From assembly GCF_026210795.1 (NCBI RefSeq), contig NC_089429.1:992001-1056000 (forward strand): 64,000 nucleotides of DNA. The letters run 5' to 3'. The notes beneath the pieces are model-generated. The model had not been told where the DNA came from. It saw only the letters and a list, made by a program, of their open reading frames with translations, and did not search any database. Both the position numbers and the translations under genes were made by a program. This DNA is from Rhizophagus irregularis. Its lineage: Eukaryota. This document shows, one piece after another, positions 51,159-64,000 of the stretch; within the stretch, counting starts at the first letter, position 1, and every line of letters starts with the position of its first letter.

Positions 51159-51891
51159 GTAACAAGATCTTCATCCGGATATTTTTTTTTCCGGAGATCC
51201 TGAATAATCGCGGATTAATATCCGGTTGAACCTGGATATTAAATAATATTTTTTTATAAAAAAATTTCATTCCGTTAGAGAAATCTTAGCGTAGAGATTT
51301 TGATGAACCACGATTTTGACGAGCCAAAAAAAAAGAAAGTTTACATTTTCACAAATTTCCAAAAAATTGAAACGTATTTCCGGTTGAAATTAAAATTAAT
51401 AATTATCTGTTATACATGTAATTTGATTGAGTAAATGACACGAATGACAAATTTAATTAAATAAATAAATGCACGAATTTTATTTGTAATACCGATCTAC
51501 AAAATAAAGTATTATTAAAGCTCACCAGTGGTGATGGTTACCATACCAGCATTATAAACTACAGGCCGGTATTACATTAATACATTATAAAATTAACCAC
51601 TAGTGACTAGTGATTGTCACCGCTGGTGATATTTAGTAACGGATTATCTGGATTTATTTTTTACTTTTAGACCCACAATAATTTTTTGACAATATAAAAT
51701 ATTTTTGATATTATATTAGCGCTTGACCTAAATGAATACTAGATTCTTATTAATAATTTGAAATTGATAAATTTGACTAATATGTAAATTACCCACCCGA
51801 AAAGTCAAATAAACATTTTCCTCGGATTCTGATTCTTCACTACTTCTTCTATTTCCCTTTGATTCGACATTTCCTCTAAAATATGAAAACC

Positions 51892-52278
51892 TACTTTACA
51901 GAAATCTCGTTATTTTAAACGATATCATTTAATATCAAAATAATATCATTTTGATATCATTATGATATCGTCACAAATATAGCTACTATACAATATCAAA
52001 ACGATATCAAACAATTTCATTACAATATCATCACGATATCACTTATCGTTACGAATGTAATTTGTAACGACATTGTTTTGATACCTTATAATAAATATCA
52101 AAATTCAAAACAAGGTCGTTAAGATAATCTTAACGATATCGTTAACAATATCACTACGATATAATTTCGATAATTTCGATATTGTTGTTAAGATATTAGA
52201 AATTGTTACAATATCAAAAATGGGGTCGTTAAGATAATCTTAACGATATTGTTTGAAATTTTAGGTTTCAGTAAAGTA
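51892..52278. mobile_element. MITE with acgatatc internal repeats
   Basis: tactttacagaaatct / aggtttcagtaaagta termini (14/16 match). Confidence 0.65.
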
Positions 52279-53992
52279 TTTATATTAATATTTATCGAAA
52301 AAATATTTTTCTGTTAATAGCGTTGGCCTTAATGTTGATTATAACAAAGTAGTTTTGTTTAAAATTATTATTATTTACTTTATTACTTTTGATGATTTGT
52401 TAATTATTTTTAAATAGAAGCTAGATTTATCAGAGATCCGTTAATAGTCCGTTAATCTGCAAAAAAAAAAAAATTGTTTTCCCACTACGATAAATAAATA
52501 TGGATTTTTATTAAATATCTCACGGTTAGTACTACTTACTATCCGTTGTAAATCCGGAGCAAAAAAGAAATAACTGAAAGTTGCGATTTTATTGGTTGAT
52601 AATCTCGTACGTGAATGGTCAGAGAAACGCCTGTGACCACAAATTTTTTCATAATCATCGCTTCGCTATGCCGAATATAACTTTATAATACACTTTCATC
52701 ATAAAATTTTGAATATCATACGAAAGAAATTTTTTTTTTAGTAGCGACACAGAACCCGAAACATATATAAAAAGTTAGAGGACGATTAAAAGCTTGATAA
52801 TTTCAGTCGGTGTCCAAAAAAAGGCAGTTTACCACCGGTATTATATAAAAATCGTACGAAAACCCATAGTATTTCGTAATCCTTTACGCTATCTACTAAG
52901 TTAACTATAACAAAAATTTCAACCTCTTTTTTCTTAAATTAATTAACTTAATAAAAAACCTGCCGACATCACCTAAACACTGGAATCTCACCTTGCAAAA
53001 TAAAAGAAAAACAAAAAAAAATACAATGACCATTTAAGTCTACATAGGTATTACGTCGAGTACCCTTGATGCATTTAATACTTGATGCTTAAATTTTTTT
53101 TTTTTTTTTTTTGATAAATTAAAATCTGCTCATAACCATTAGACAGATTCTTCATTGTATTTGCAAATCCTGACTGAATATTTTTATATGATTGTTTTAT
53201 TATAAAACGATTATCTCGTTTCTATTAACACAGGAAATATAAAATGCTGTTCAAAAGTTTACGAATAAATATACTAATTACTGTAATAAATTAATAGTAG
53301 GTATTTAGACAGCCATGAAAATAACCGACGGCGTCCGACGCCATTTTTCTGGCTTTCATTTTACCGACATGCAAAAATTACCTAGCTTCATTCACCGAAA
53401 TATCATTTTACCAACATGAAAAATTACCCGCCTTGCCATTTCACTGAAAATTCAGTAGTTAGCTACGCGGCTACGCCTCGCTCCTTATTGCGTCTTAATT
53501 TTAAATTAATTTAGATAAAATTAAAAAAATTATAGGCATATTTACTTTCAATTTGCAATAAGTTAAATTTAATAGTTCCAAATTTGCAATCTGTTATAAC
53601 AACTTATTCAGTGAAATCCTTTTCGTTTTATTGATTAGAGGATGATAGTTACAAACATTTTTAATTGCGTATATTAAAAAAAAGTGAAATGACTAAAAAA
53701 TAAATATAATATTTTCAAAAAAAAAAAAAAAAAAAAAAATACTATTATGAAATGCAAAATTTTATATGATCATGTTGTTTGATCATGTCAGCAAAATGGC
53801 TATCAGATAACTTGAAGTCGGTAAATTTACGTTGTATAGTGGACTGGTTTGTTCTTTGTACTGTACAAAGTGGCAGATTGGAATTTTCCCATAATCTTAG
53901 CATTATACTTTAAAGAAATCATAGTAAGAAAAATTAATCCTTTTATTAATAATGATTAATCGTGTCAAAATACTTTGCAAATTATTCTGCAT

Positions 53993-55485
53993 CCCTATAA
54001 AAATCTGTATATGGAAATGATATGTTTTATACTGTATGTTTTGTATACGTTTAAATGTTTTTCTAAAAAAAGTCAATGTACAGTATACGGAAAAATTAAT
54101 ATACACGGAATGACATTCCGGTCATTCCGTGTATATTAAAAATTCGTCAACTTAATCCTTAATCCTTTTAGATAATAATTTTATCGTCATTCTGTATCAT
54201 AACGCGTGAACACGTGATTGTTTATTGTTTTATACGTTTTTTGTTTTTTTTTATACAGTACATATATATACTGATCATACTGATAACCCTCCTTTTTTTA
54301 TTCCCACCCACTACTCCTTTCTTTTTAAATTTTTTTTTCTTTTTTATTTCTATCATCGTCACCCCCTTTAAAAAATTGTTTTTTTTTTTTTGATTTATTT
54401 TTTCATTCCCCACTCGCTACTCTTTCTTTTTTTTTAAAAAAAAATTCCTTTCATTTGTCTCCCCATTTTTATAAAAAAATTTTTTTTATTTTTCTAATTT
54501 TATTCATCATCCTCCTTTTCCTAAAACCGTCAACCTTCCTTTATAAAAAATTTTTTTTATTCTTTCATTCCTCACTCAATAGTACCTTCTTTTTCCAATT
54601 TTGGTTTTTTTTATTTCCTTTTTTTAGGCTTTTTAAAATTCTTTTATTTTATATTTATTCTTTTTTTTAGACTTATAGGTTGAATATATTTTTTTTTGTC
54701 GGTTGATTCTTCTTTGTGGGTCAGTTCTTCATGTGTCAGCTCTTTTAACGTGAATCAATTCTTTTTTATGTAGATCAATTCTTTTTACGTGGGTTGTTTC
54801 TTTTCGTGGGTCAATTCTTTTTCGTGAGTTAATTTTATTTCATGGGTTGTTTCTTTTTGTAGATTGTTTCTTTTTTGTGGAATACTTCGGGATTTTTTCT
54901 TTTTTGTAGGTCTTTCTGTTACAAGACTCCAAACTTTAGAAATGCCAACTCTTAGAGACTTGGGATGATCACAGGGGAAGTTTGGTTTAAAGAAACGTTT
55001 TTATGTTTCTTTTTTTCATTTTTTAGGTTGTTAGATTCTAGAAGACTTGAATGAATCTAGACTTATAGATAGATAGGAGAAGTGGGTTTATCTTTATCTA
55101 TTAAGAAATTTAAAGTTTCTTTTTGTTTTAGTTTGCAATAGTTAGGAAAGAACTTTTCATAATATATTTGCATTTTATTTTATTTTTGTATTTATTTAGT
55201 AAATATTATTTTTAAAATTAATTTTTATAATATAACTAGCAATAAACTGTAGTTTAAGTGGTAAATTTTGTAACCAAATTACATTAAAAATCATCATAAA
55301 TTCAGTGTCCTAATCATGTGAATTCCGTGTGAGTTCCATGCAAATTCCGTATCCAAATTGTATTCTTAGTGATACGGAATTGTGTATTTTCCCGTATCCT
55401 TCCAACAGACTATTATGATACGTTATTTTTAAGGAAAAAATCGTATAAAAACATTATTAAAAACGTATCCAGTTTTTTTATAGGG
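53993..55485. mobile_element. Non-autonomous CMC-like element
   Basis: CAT|ccctataaaaa ... tttttataggg|CAT: TIR with 3-bp TSD. Confidence 0.75.
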
Positions 55486-55869
55486 CATTCTAGGTGCTAT
55501 CAGATATTGTATATATTTTGGTTGGATTATTATGTTCATAGTAGATATCATATACTAATTCAACTTTACAAGGAAGCCTTTTACATTATTAAACTGATTT
55601 AACATTGATTTTGTTACAGGTACTGTATTTTAATGCTAGTTAAGATTAATAAGTAAAGGATTACTATAAAGGGACTAAGGAATTGTATCGATATATGTTA
55701 TATCATGAAATTATATAAAATATCAGTATAATGAGGTTTTTTTAAGTGGAACGGGACATCAGTATATGTCAATTATCAGTATATAAACCATTGTTTGGCA
55801 TATTGAGGTTAGACTGTATTTTTTTAAACAAATATTACATCAGGTTATTAAAATATGTAACATGTTATT

Positions 55870-57540
55870 TTATTTATTAAAATTGTGAACAATATCATTT
55901 CCAATAATACGTAAATTACAATATTTTTGAACTATAATATTATGCAATTTAAATTCAATTACTTCATCTTTCAAAAAAAACAATTCTTCACCATCATTAT
56001 GACTAGGAAATGTCTCTAATAAAATAGCTAAATATTTAACTTTTTCCTTTTTCATAATATGTTTCTTTATGTAAAATAAGACATTTTCTCCTTCATTTTT
56101 CATCGTATTTTTAATTAATAATTTCTTAATAAAAGTATTTTGAGAATTTTTCAAAAATATTTCAAAATCATTTGTATTAAATGAAAGTGACAAAGATAAA
56201 TATTCTAATTTAGAAGGAAGAACTTGTCCTAAATTTTGTAATACAATTGAGCTATATTCATCATAAAATGTATGATAATTGTAATTATCTACTAGAATAG
56301 TAAGATAATTAATATTTTGTCCAACATTTTCAATTAATGAATAAATATCAATGTCATTAGGTTTATCTGAACTAATATATCTAATTTTTGTACAATATTT
56401 CATAAATGATTTAAGTAATTGTCGTCTTGATTCTTCATATCCATTAGTATAATTAGTATGTGATTTGGTCAATTCAAAATTTTCTAAATAATCACCATAT
56501 TTTTGTAATAGTAACCGTAATGATTCAATATGTAATATTTCATCCATGAATAAAGATCTCAATTTAAAAGGTTTAGTAACCTTAATAACTTGTTGAACAA
56601 AATCAGAATTCAAATAACAGTAAAGGATATGAATAGATTCTAAAACATTCAATTGATTGAATACTTCTTGTAAAATATTATTTATCTTTCTAAAGTCAGT
56701 ATAATGAAATATAATTGTATTTAAAGTATTTGAACAATTAGAATTTTTTAATGATAAAAATGGATTATATAAATTATTATTACGACGTCCAAATGAAATT
56801 ATCTTGAGATTATGTTGTGAAATAATTACTTCTTGTAAATATTTTTCAATTAATGAAACATTCTTAATACTTGAAGCAAAATTTAAATAAAAATGAAATG
56901 ACGAGATTGAATTGCAATTAGAATATAAAAATTTTAAAAGGGGAATGATAGTATTCATAATAGTATTTTGAATTATATTTCTATGAATACAGATTTTAAA
57001 ATTTTTGATATTATTCATAAAATTTGGATTTTGTAAAATCAATTCTATAATATCAAAGTATATACAAAAAGCATCCGTAGTCATTACAACTTCAAAAGAA
57101 CGTAAAATTCCTCCATTCTCAATGAACACTTCAAGTAATGATCTATAAACTAGCTTTTCTAGCTTCTCATGATCATAATCCACTAGAGAACTAAGCCACT
57201 TTGTAATAGAATAATAAGCGCTATTTATATTTAAATATTTAATAAAACTAGGATAATTGAATAATAACGTATTTGAAGGTAATAAGTTATTAATAATTCC
57301 ATATTCATCGAATTTTTCTTTATCATTTTCGTTCAGGGAGGATAAATAAATTTCAATACAGTGATAATTTTTGGTAGGAATACAAAAAGGGTCTTCCCAT
57401 AATAATGGAATTGCTAAACGACACCATAACCTATTAACTAAAATACATGAATACAATGTTGAAAAATCTTTCCTAAGACACTTTATAATTTCATTTGTTA
57501 ATTCAGGCAAATCTCCTGAAAATATTTTTGAGCATGCCAT
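55870..57540 (-). CDS. F-box/LRR(RNI)-like family protein, 556 aa, single exon, intact
   Basis: MACSKIFSGDLPEL...LYSCILVNRLWCRLAIPLLW. Paralogue of 49289-50935. Confidence 0.88.
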   Translation of the reverse strand: MACSKIFSGDLPELTNEIIKCLRKDFSTLYSCILVNRLWCRLAIPLLWEDPFCIPTKNYHCIEIYLSSLNENDKEKFDEYGIINNLLPSNTLLFNYPSFIKYLNINSAYYSITKWLSSLVDYDHEKLEKLVYRSLLEVFIENGGILRSFEVVMTTDAFCIYFDIIELILQNPNFMNNIKNFKICIHRNIIQNTIMNTIIPLLKFLYSNCNSISSFHFYLNFASSIKNVSLIEKYLQEVIISQHNLKIISFGRRNNNLYNPFLSLKNSNCSNTLNTIIFHYTDFRKINNILQEVFNQLNVLESIHILYCYLNSDFVQQVIKVTKPFKLRSLFMDEILHIESLRLLLQKYGDYLENFELTKSHTNYTNGYEESRRQLLKSFMKYCTKIRYISSDKPNDIDIYSLIENVGQNINYLTILVDNYNYHTFYDEYSSIVLQNLGQVLPSKLEYLSLSLSFNTNDFEIFLKNSQNTFIKKLLIKNTMKNEGENVLFYIKKHIMKKEKVKYLAILLETFPSHNDGEELFFLKDEVIEFKLHNIIVQKYCNLRIIGNDIVHNFNK

Positions 57541-57604
57541 ATTGTAGAGAGGAAAGGTGATATTACGCTTAAAAATTTCAAATAAGTGAAGTTTATAAAA
57601 TTTT

Positions 57605-57668
57605 TCGGAGTCGTATTCCGATATTTGGACACAACAGATCAGCCGATCATAATAATTAGAATCACGTG
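57605..57668 (-). promoter_or_regulatory. Conserved upstream block of the F-box gene
   Basis: CGG-N9-CCG, atatttggacac and CACGTG, shared with 51098-51158. Confidence 0.5.
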
Positions 57669-58658
57669 ATTAATTATTTCTACTTCAATTTGTTCACAGC
57701 AGTAAAGTCGGACAAACAATATAAACCAATAAATAAAATTGTTCTGGAGGTTAAGATATTTCTTTTTGTTCCTTTATTTTATACAGATTTTTGACATTTC
57801 AGATTTAAATTAAAATAGTTTCATTTTATTATACAAGCTTTTTGATATAATTTGTTTATTAAAAAATTTTATATTTATTAAAAATATAAACTTAATATAA
57901 TCTGTATCTAGCTGTCCAGATATATATATATATATATTTCCTGATACTGTATTCTGGATAATCATTGTTTTTATCTGATAAATATCCTAAAATAACCTAT
58001 ATGAAATCTAGTAATAAAAACAAAAAAATTTTTTTTACTATTTTTTCATTCAGTTAGGGAATTCTTAAAATAAGAATCGATTCGTATGATAGGAATGAAC
58101 ACAAGAGAAAATTACATTTCCTTTTTCTTTTATTTAGGTTTCGGTTAGAATCGATCAGTCGTTCTTATGTTTCAGGAAAAATTTATCAAAAAAGCGTAAA
58201 GAAAAGACTATACCAGTCAGCGGAAATGTCACACTTGATGTCGATCATTAACAAATAAACTTCGTGTAACTAAAACAGTGCGAAGTTAATATCGGAGCCA
58301 AAATTTAACTATACATTGAAAATTTTTTAAACTTTCACCAGTGATACTTTATGAGTTATACTACATATTTTTATAGTTTTTGGAACACTTCAAATATTTA
58401 TATAAAAAAATATTAGCGACGTAACTTTACCCACTTTTTCACCTTTATGCCGCTGATTGAACTGATTAACACACCTGAAAGTTTGCGAATACCACCCAGA
58501 TATACGTATTTCGTAGCGATCTCACACAAAACATAAGCAAGAATTGGCGGTTTAAACGACAGTTTTTGTAAAAATTTCAAATTATTGTTTTATATATATG
58601 ATATTTTAATTACTTTATTGTAATTTTGCAATTATAATACAAAATAATAATAAATTAA

Positions 58659-61600
58659 TTAATTATTTTTATTTACACGATAATTCCACCAACTATAAAC
58701 CCTTTTCTTATCCCATTCAGTTCCAAGTTGTTGAAGGATTTCATCATATACATGGGCTGGAATCTTATCATTATAATCTAATAGACGACCCAATATTTGT
58801 TCTTCATGTGGGAGTATTTTTCTTCGTTTTTTGGACTCCTGGTTATCAACTTGTGGCTAAAGTAGCATAGAAAATTAGGTATGAGTTAAGGTCACAATAA
58901 AGTATTGTGTATACAGTACCTCTGGTTGGGATATTTCTTTATCATGCTTTTGCCTTCTCCTTGTCTCCCTCCCAGTTCTTTTTTTCTCAGCGTAGTCCTT
59001 GTATCTCGTTCTCCGAATTTCTAAAGCACGTCTTCCTTTTGCATTTCGAGGTTCGATCTTTATCACATCTTGTTTATAAATTACTTGCATTCGCTCTAAA
59101 CCATTTTTATAACACGCGACCAATTTTTCATACCCTCTTTGTGTAATTCAGGTGGTTCAAGATCTTTAAAAATTTCATGAGATAACGGATCTACCATATC
59201 AAAAACAATAACCAAGTCTTCAATTAACTTCCATAATACTTCCCATCTGGAATTAATAGCGCGTTCACTCTGAGAAATTGAAGTGTCATCAAGATATTCG
59301 CTTAAGAGTAGATCAATTCTATCCCTTTCTGATTGGGCTGCTTTAATACTTGCCTTTAATTTTGCTTCATCAATAACATTTCCAGTAATGTTTTGTTTTA
59401 TAAAATGAACACCAAACGTTTCAAGGGCTTCGTCAAAGCCAAAACAAACAGGTTTTTGATCTTCATTTCTGTTATCAGTGTTCTTTGGTATTCTGAATGC
59501 CCCAACATATTGCAAAATCTCATTTAATCTTGGATACTTGGTTAAGGTAGAAAGGTGCTGGGCAATCGCTACTGCATAATTAAATTTACCGGCGCTTGGG
59601 AAAAGAGGTGAGGCTGCAGAAAAAGCATCTCGTTGCAAATTGTGATTTCCAATCCTCATTCCTATTCGATGCACTTTCCAAATTCCAGCCCATTGATAAT
59701 AAAGATACCAAACTTTTAACAAAATATTCGTGTCATTATTTCCATCCATTATTTCAGACAAAGGAATATTTTTTTTTTTGCAAATATATTAACTGCAACT
59801 CCAACTGCTAACCACAAAAGATCTAATACTCTAGATGTTGTCCGGTAATCAACAGCAGCTTCAAACTTATCTAAAAATCGAACACCCAATTTTCTCGCAA
59901 AATTTAAAAGCCCATAGCTAGAAAATAACACAATTAAAACTGAACAGAAGTCCTTCGAGGTGTGCCATTGTCCAAGCAATAGTCTTAATTGGGGAAATTG
60001 TGCTTGACATCTCATTAACTGGCGAAAGATTGCCTCATCAGCAACGATATCAAGGTATCCATTTTCTTGCAAATTAAAATCAGCTTTATACATATTAGCA
60101 GCTTCTAAAATCGCTTGATCTGAGTTTGGGTTATCAGCTGGCTCAAGAATCACAACATGAGGAGAAGGACCTTTACAACCATGTTCAAATTCTGCTAATA
60201 TTTCCTTTTTGATTGTTTCAGCATCAAAATTTCGATTATATTCTATATTTTCTTCATTTATTCTTTAAATATCTAACAATCTTTCTAATATATTTTGAAA
60301 TCTATTCAGAGCTTCTTTCGTAGTAGAATTCATACCAAATATATTAGTGGCATAATTTTCATCTAAAGTAATTATTTCTTCCTGACGTGATGCAAGATTA
60401 TTGGGAATCGTTGACTGAAATACCATTCTTAAGGTCGCATGTGAAGTGTCTCGAGTGGTGTCATATATATTCCCAAAAGAAAAGGTTTTTTGCTTGAAAT
60501 CTATATTGTCTATAATTGCGAGATTCCATATATTTGATGCTTGGTATAACCTTTCTGTAGGAATAACTTTATTAATACGTCTTTCTCTAGATTTCGTTCA
60601 TGACGTTCACTATGTCCAATTACGTTCCATATAGTAAAAAGACGATGGAGTGATGATAATAATTTTGGTTTGCGTGCTAAACTACTCAGCACATTAGTTA
60701 ACCAAATTCCACATGAAGGAAAGGCTATACTAACAAGAACAGAAGTGAAAAAAGTAACCATTTTTATAATTATATTTTCAGGTAAAGTTTTATTTTTTTG
60801 TTCACGTTGTTTTTTTTTTCTATTACTAATAGCAAGTTTTCGATTAAAGATTTCTATCAACAATCCCTGAAAAAACGCCGTAATAAAATCTGGGAATGCG
60901 TGAAAATATTCTAAAAGTGATTCAGGTGAGTTTAATGAATCTTTTTTTTTATTTATCACTTCACATGATTTCCAAAGTTTAATTCCAAATTCTCGTCCAA
61001 ACTTTTCACAGTCTATATTATCACATTCTTTACTATTGCTGATGGGTATATCAAGAAAGAGAATTTGAAGAATGAAAAGGCTAGGGGTTTCATCCGATTT
61101 GAAATTGTTTAAAGTTAATGATGTAGTTTTAGTTGATGTGGGAATAAAAGGAAGAATAACTTTAACAAGAGATCTTAAAATATCTTCTTTTTTTGTTTCT
61201 TCATCTGTATGGGAAAATTTATTAAGCCAATTCGCAATTAGTTTAATTCCTTTTGTAATATCTTCTTCATGCAATTTATCTTGAACACAGTTTGATCTTT
61301 TACCTCGACCAGTACGTTTATGAATATGTCCACCCAATCGTTCGTAACAAGCACAACAAACAAATCTTGGTTTCTTTGTTTCGTTAAAAGCAGGCTTTGA
61401 TATAAAAGAATTCCTTAATGCATTACAATGTATTGCCCCATTACAAGGTACTTGAATATTTCGTTCATTAATCAACCAAGAATGGGTTCTACATCCTTCC
61501 CCTCGACTAAAAAAATTGTAAATTCTTTTACATCCTATACATCTTCGATGTTGAACTATTGCATCTGTAAATTCTTTAAGTACTTTTTCTTTAGGATCGT

Positions 61601-62120
61601 GAATTTGGTTTTGATCATACAAAAAATGTGAATCACATACCCCTAATTTTAAATGATCGTTATTGACTTCCTGAACTGTATCTTGATCTATTTGCCATGT
61701 TCCAAGTAAGTTTCACATTTTTCTAAGTTTATAAGTATCACCACATCGTTTAAATGTACCATGAATATTGTCAATAATTACACAAGATGAAAGTGCATTG
61801 TATTTTTGGTTAATAGGTTCATCATTTGGTATTATTTCGTCTCTCTCTTCTTGATTATTATCAAAATTCTGTTCAACATTAACTTGTCCTAATTCTTCTT
61901 CAATATCACTATCATATTCACCCTTATATACTTCTATTTCAATATCATTTTCTTCTTCATGAGCTATCATTTCGCTTAATGCATTACTAAACCTAATGGT
62001 AAATTCTTCAAAATTACTATCAAAATCAAATACTTCTTCGTCACTGTCCGTTAAGTCATCTTCACTAGTATATTTTAAGTTAAATTCTTGACGCGGTATA
62101 GAACTGTCAAAATTCGACAT
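58659..62120 (-). pseudogene. Large putative DDE transposase gene (Academ/DUF6589-like), about four frameshifts
   Basis: Acidic N-terminus, Cys/His clusters, IIDNIDFK (~60510), IVADEAIF, LGQWH, FGFDEALE, one 3' intron, homeodomain-like tail WDKKRVYSWWNYR. Confidence 0.6.
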
Positions 62121-62414
62121 TGTTAAAATACCCCTACTTTAGGCTTCTGATTGAACTGAATGTAATTAAAACTCTCGTCAAAGTAATACTTTTATTTTAT
62201 TGTTTCAATCGTGTACTCTTGCGTTACTTATTTTGTAAAAAGGCGTTTCATTGTGTAATTTCAGTGTTACCTTTGACCTGAAATTTCCGAATTTAACTAA
62301 ATTTGGGCCGGCCTTATAATTTCGGCCGGAGTTAAGAAAAGTTTGACCAGAATTACGATTTAAAGATCAGCATTTTTTAACTAATTAAAGTAATTTTTAT
62401 TATTTATATATGCA

Positions 62415-64000
62415 CTAGCTGGATGCCCGCGTTTTACGCGGGCCTGGCTATTAAAATTATGAAAATCAGATACCTTTCTGCTAAGCTGTTATATAAAGTC
62501 TAGAATGGTTATTAGCATTAATTTAGAATTTTGTGGTAAATAGGGAATCATAGGCTGTGTATGGCAAGGGATTTTTATAGGCGCCGTCGGAATTGCCGAA
62601 TTGAATTTATGGCGTTACGAAATATGGATTTTACCATTTAAATATCTAACAAATCATCAAGATCAGCATTATAGATTTACGGATTACAAATTATCTTCGG
62701 CATAATAAAAAAAAATATTTACTTTCTCTGTGTAATTTTTGTATATTTAGCATTAAATAATTACGGCATTACGACGATTTAATATATTACGGTATAAACT
62801 TCATATGCCGTAGTGATTTTACAGCACTCACAATCCTTGTGAAATATTTTAAAAATTATTACATATTAATAGGAATATTAATCATTACAAAGTATAACAG
62901 ATAATGAGTGTCAGTATAAATAATATGCAATACATTTTTTATTATAATAGTTATTATAATAGTCATAGTGGTTCATTAGGAAGCCGGGCAAACCTAAAAA
63001 ACATCCAAAGAATCATTAGACCTAAAAAAAGGTACCAAAATTTAAAAAAAGAAAAGAAAAAATGATTAGTAATTATGAAAAAGAATTTTTTTAAAAAAAT
63101 TAAAAATATAATTCAAACTAACCTTCACTCTGAAAGGTACCACCAAAACCTAAAAAAGAGAAAAGGGGTGTTCCCTACAAAAAAAAAGTTAAATTAGTGA
63201 CATTTTTTAAAGTTTAAAATTCATTTTCAGAACTTACCCAAAGTTCTCAAAAATTGATCATCTACTAAAAAAAGAAAAGAATGAATCATCAATAATGTTT
63301 CGTTAAAGAAATAATGTTAGGAAAATATTATTTACCAAAATTTACATATGTCCAAGGTGTTGCAGTACTGTCTAAACTACAAAATATAGAACACAAAATG
63401 TTAGTTTTAATGTTTCATTTCATTAAGAAATAAAAAAAATTAATGAAAAACACTTACAAATTCCATGTCTGGAAAGAGCCAAAGAACCATCCTACAGAAT
63501 GCAAAAATAAACATTAGTAAACATTTTGTTAACTAACATTATGTTAAAAGAAGCATTTTAAAAGAACCTACTAAAATTTCACACGTCCAGAATCATGAAC
63601 AAACCATATAAAAAAGGAAGAAACATGATGTTAGTAAATGTTTTGTTAAAAAATTTTTCAAAGAAAAAATACTCACCACAATTCTGTTCGTGTATAAATT
63701 ATTCCTTATTCAGTTATCTAAAAAAATAAAAAATCAAACTGTTAGAAATGTTTGATTAAAAGAAATGTATTAAATCCTTCCTTACCAAATTTCCACGCGT
63801 CTGAAGACAAACCAAGAAAACCACTGATACCTAAAAAAAGAAAGCTTTATTTTTTGGGTTTTTTTTTGGTTTTTTGCATAGTTATTAAATACCTGTAATT
63901 GCTGTTATTAGAAATGTTCAATCCCCCTGGTAAAATCCTACTTTGAGAGCTGTGCAGGCATTAGAAATTAAAAATTAAATGTAAAAGAAAAGGTGTATTT
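62415..64000 (-). mobile_element. Helitron 3' end (extent to the right uncertain)
   Basis: Perfect hairpin gcccgcgt-ttt-acgcgggc (62425-62443) followed on the minus strand by CTAG|T at 62415. Confidence 0.6.

Overview
Very AT-rich (roughly 25% GC by eye), intron-containing eukaryotic DNA. The gene families (tyrosine-kinase-like kinases with HxDxHSGNIL, 'MACSKIFSGDLPEL' F-box/LRR-like proteins, a Crinkler-type NTPase) point to an arbuscular mycorrhizal fungus, Rhizophagus-like (inference). The window is mostly transposons interleaved with expanded and often broken gene families. Mobile elements: one full-length 8.0-kb LINE with a 19-bp TSD and EN-RT-RNaseH, a complete Tc1 element with a mutated catalytic E, three Helitron-type elements or ends, MULE-, CMC- and pogo-type non-autonomous elements, several satellites, and an Academ/DUF6589-like DDE gene. 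Main structural result: one ~1.7-kb F-box-like gene is split into four pieces spread over 20 kb (37347 to 17348, minus strand) by nested insertions whose junctions can be read. Other notable items: an unassigned His/Cys region between RT and RNase H shared by two LINE lineages, a tandem retroelement with three copies of the same target site, a 3-mer higher-order satellite inside a Helitron, a repeat array with flipped loop cores, and a direct-inverted-direct triplication. All calls were made by eye without database searches.
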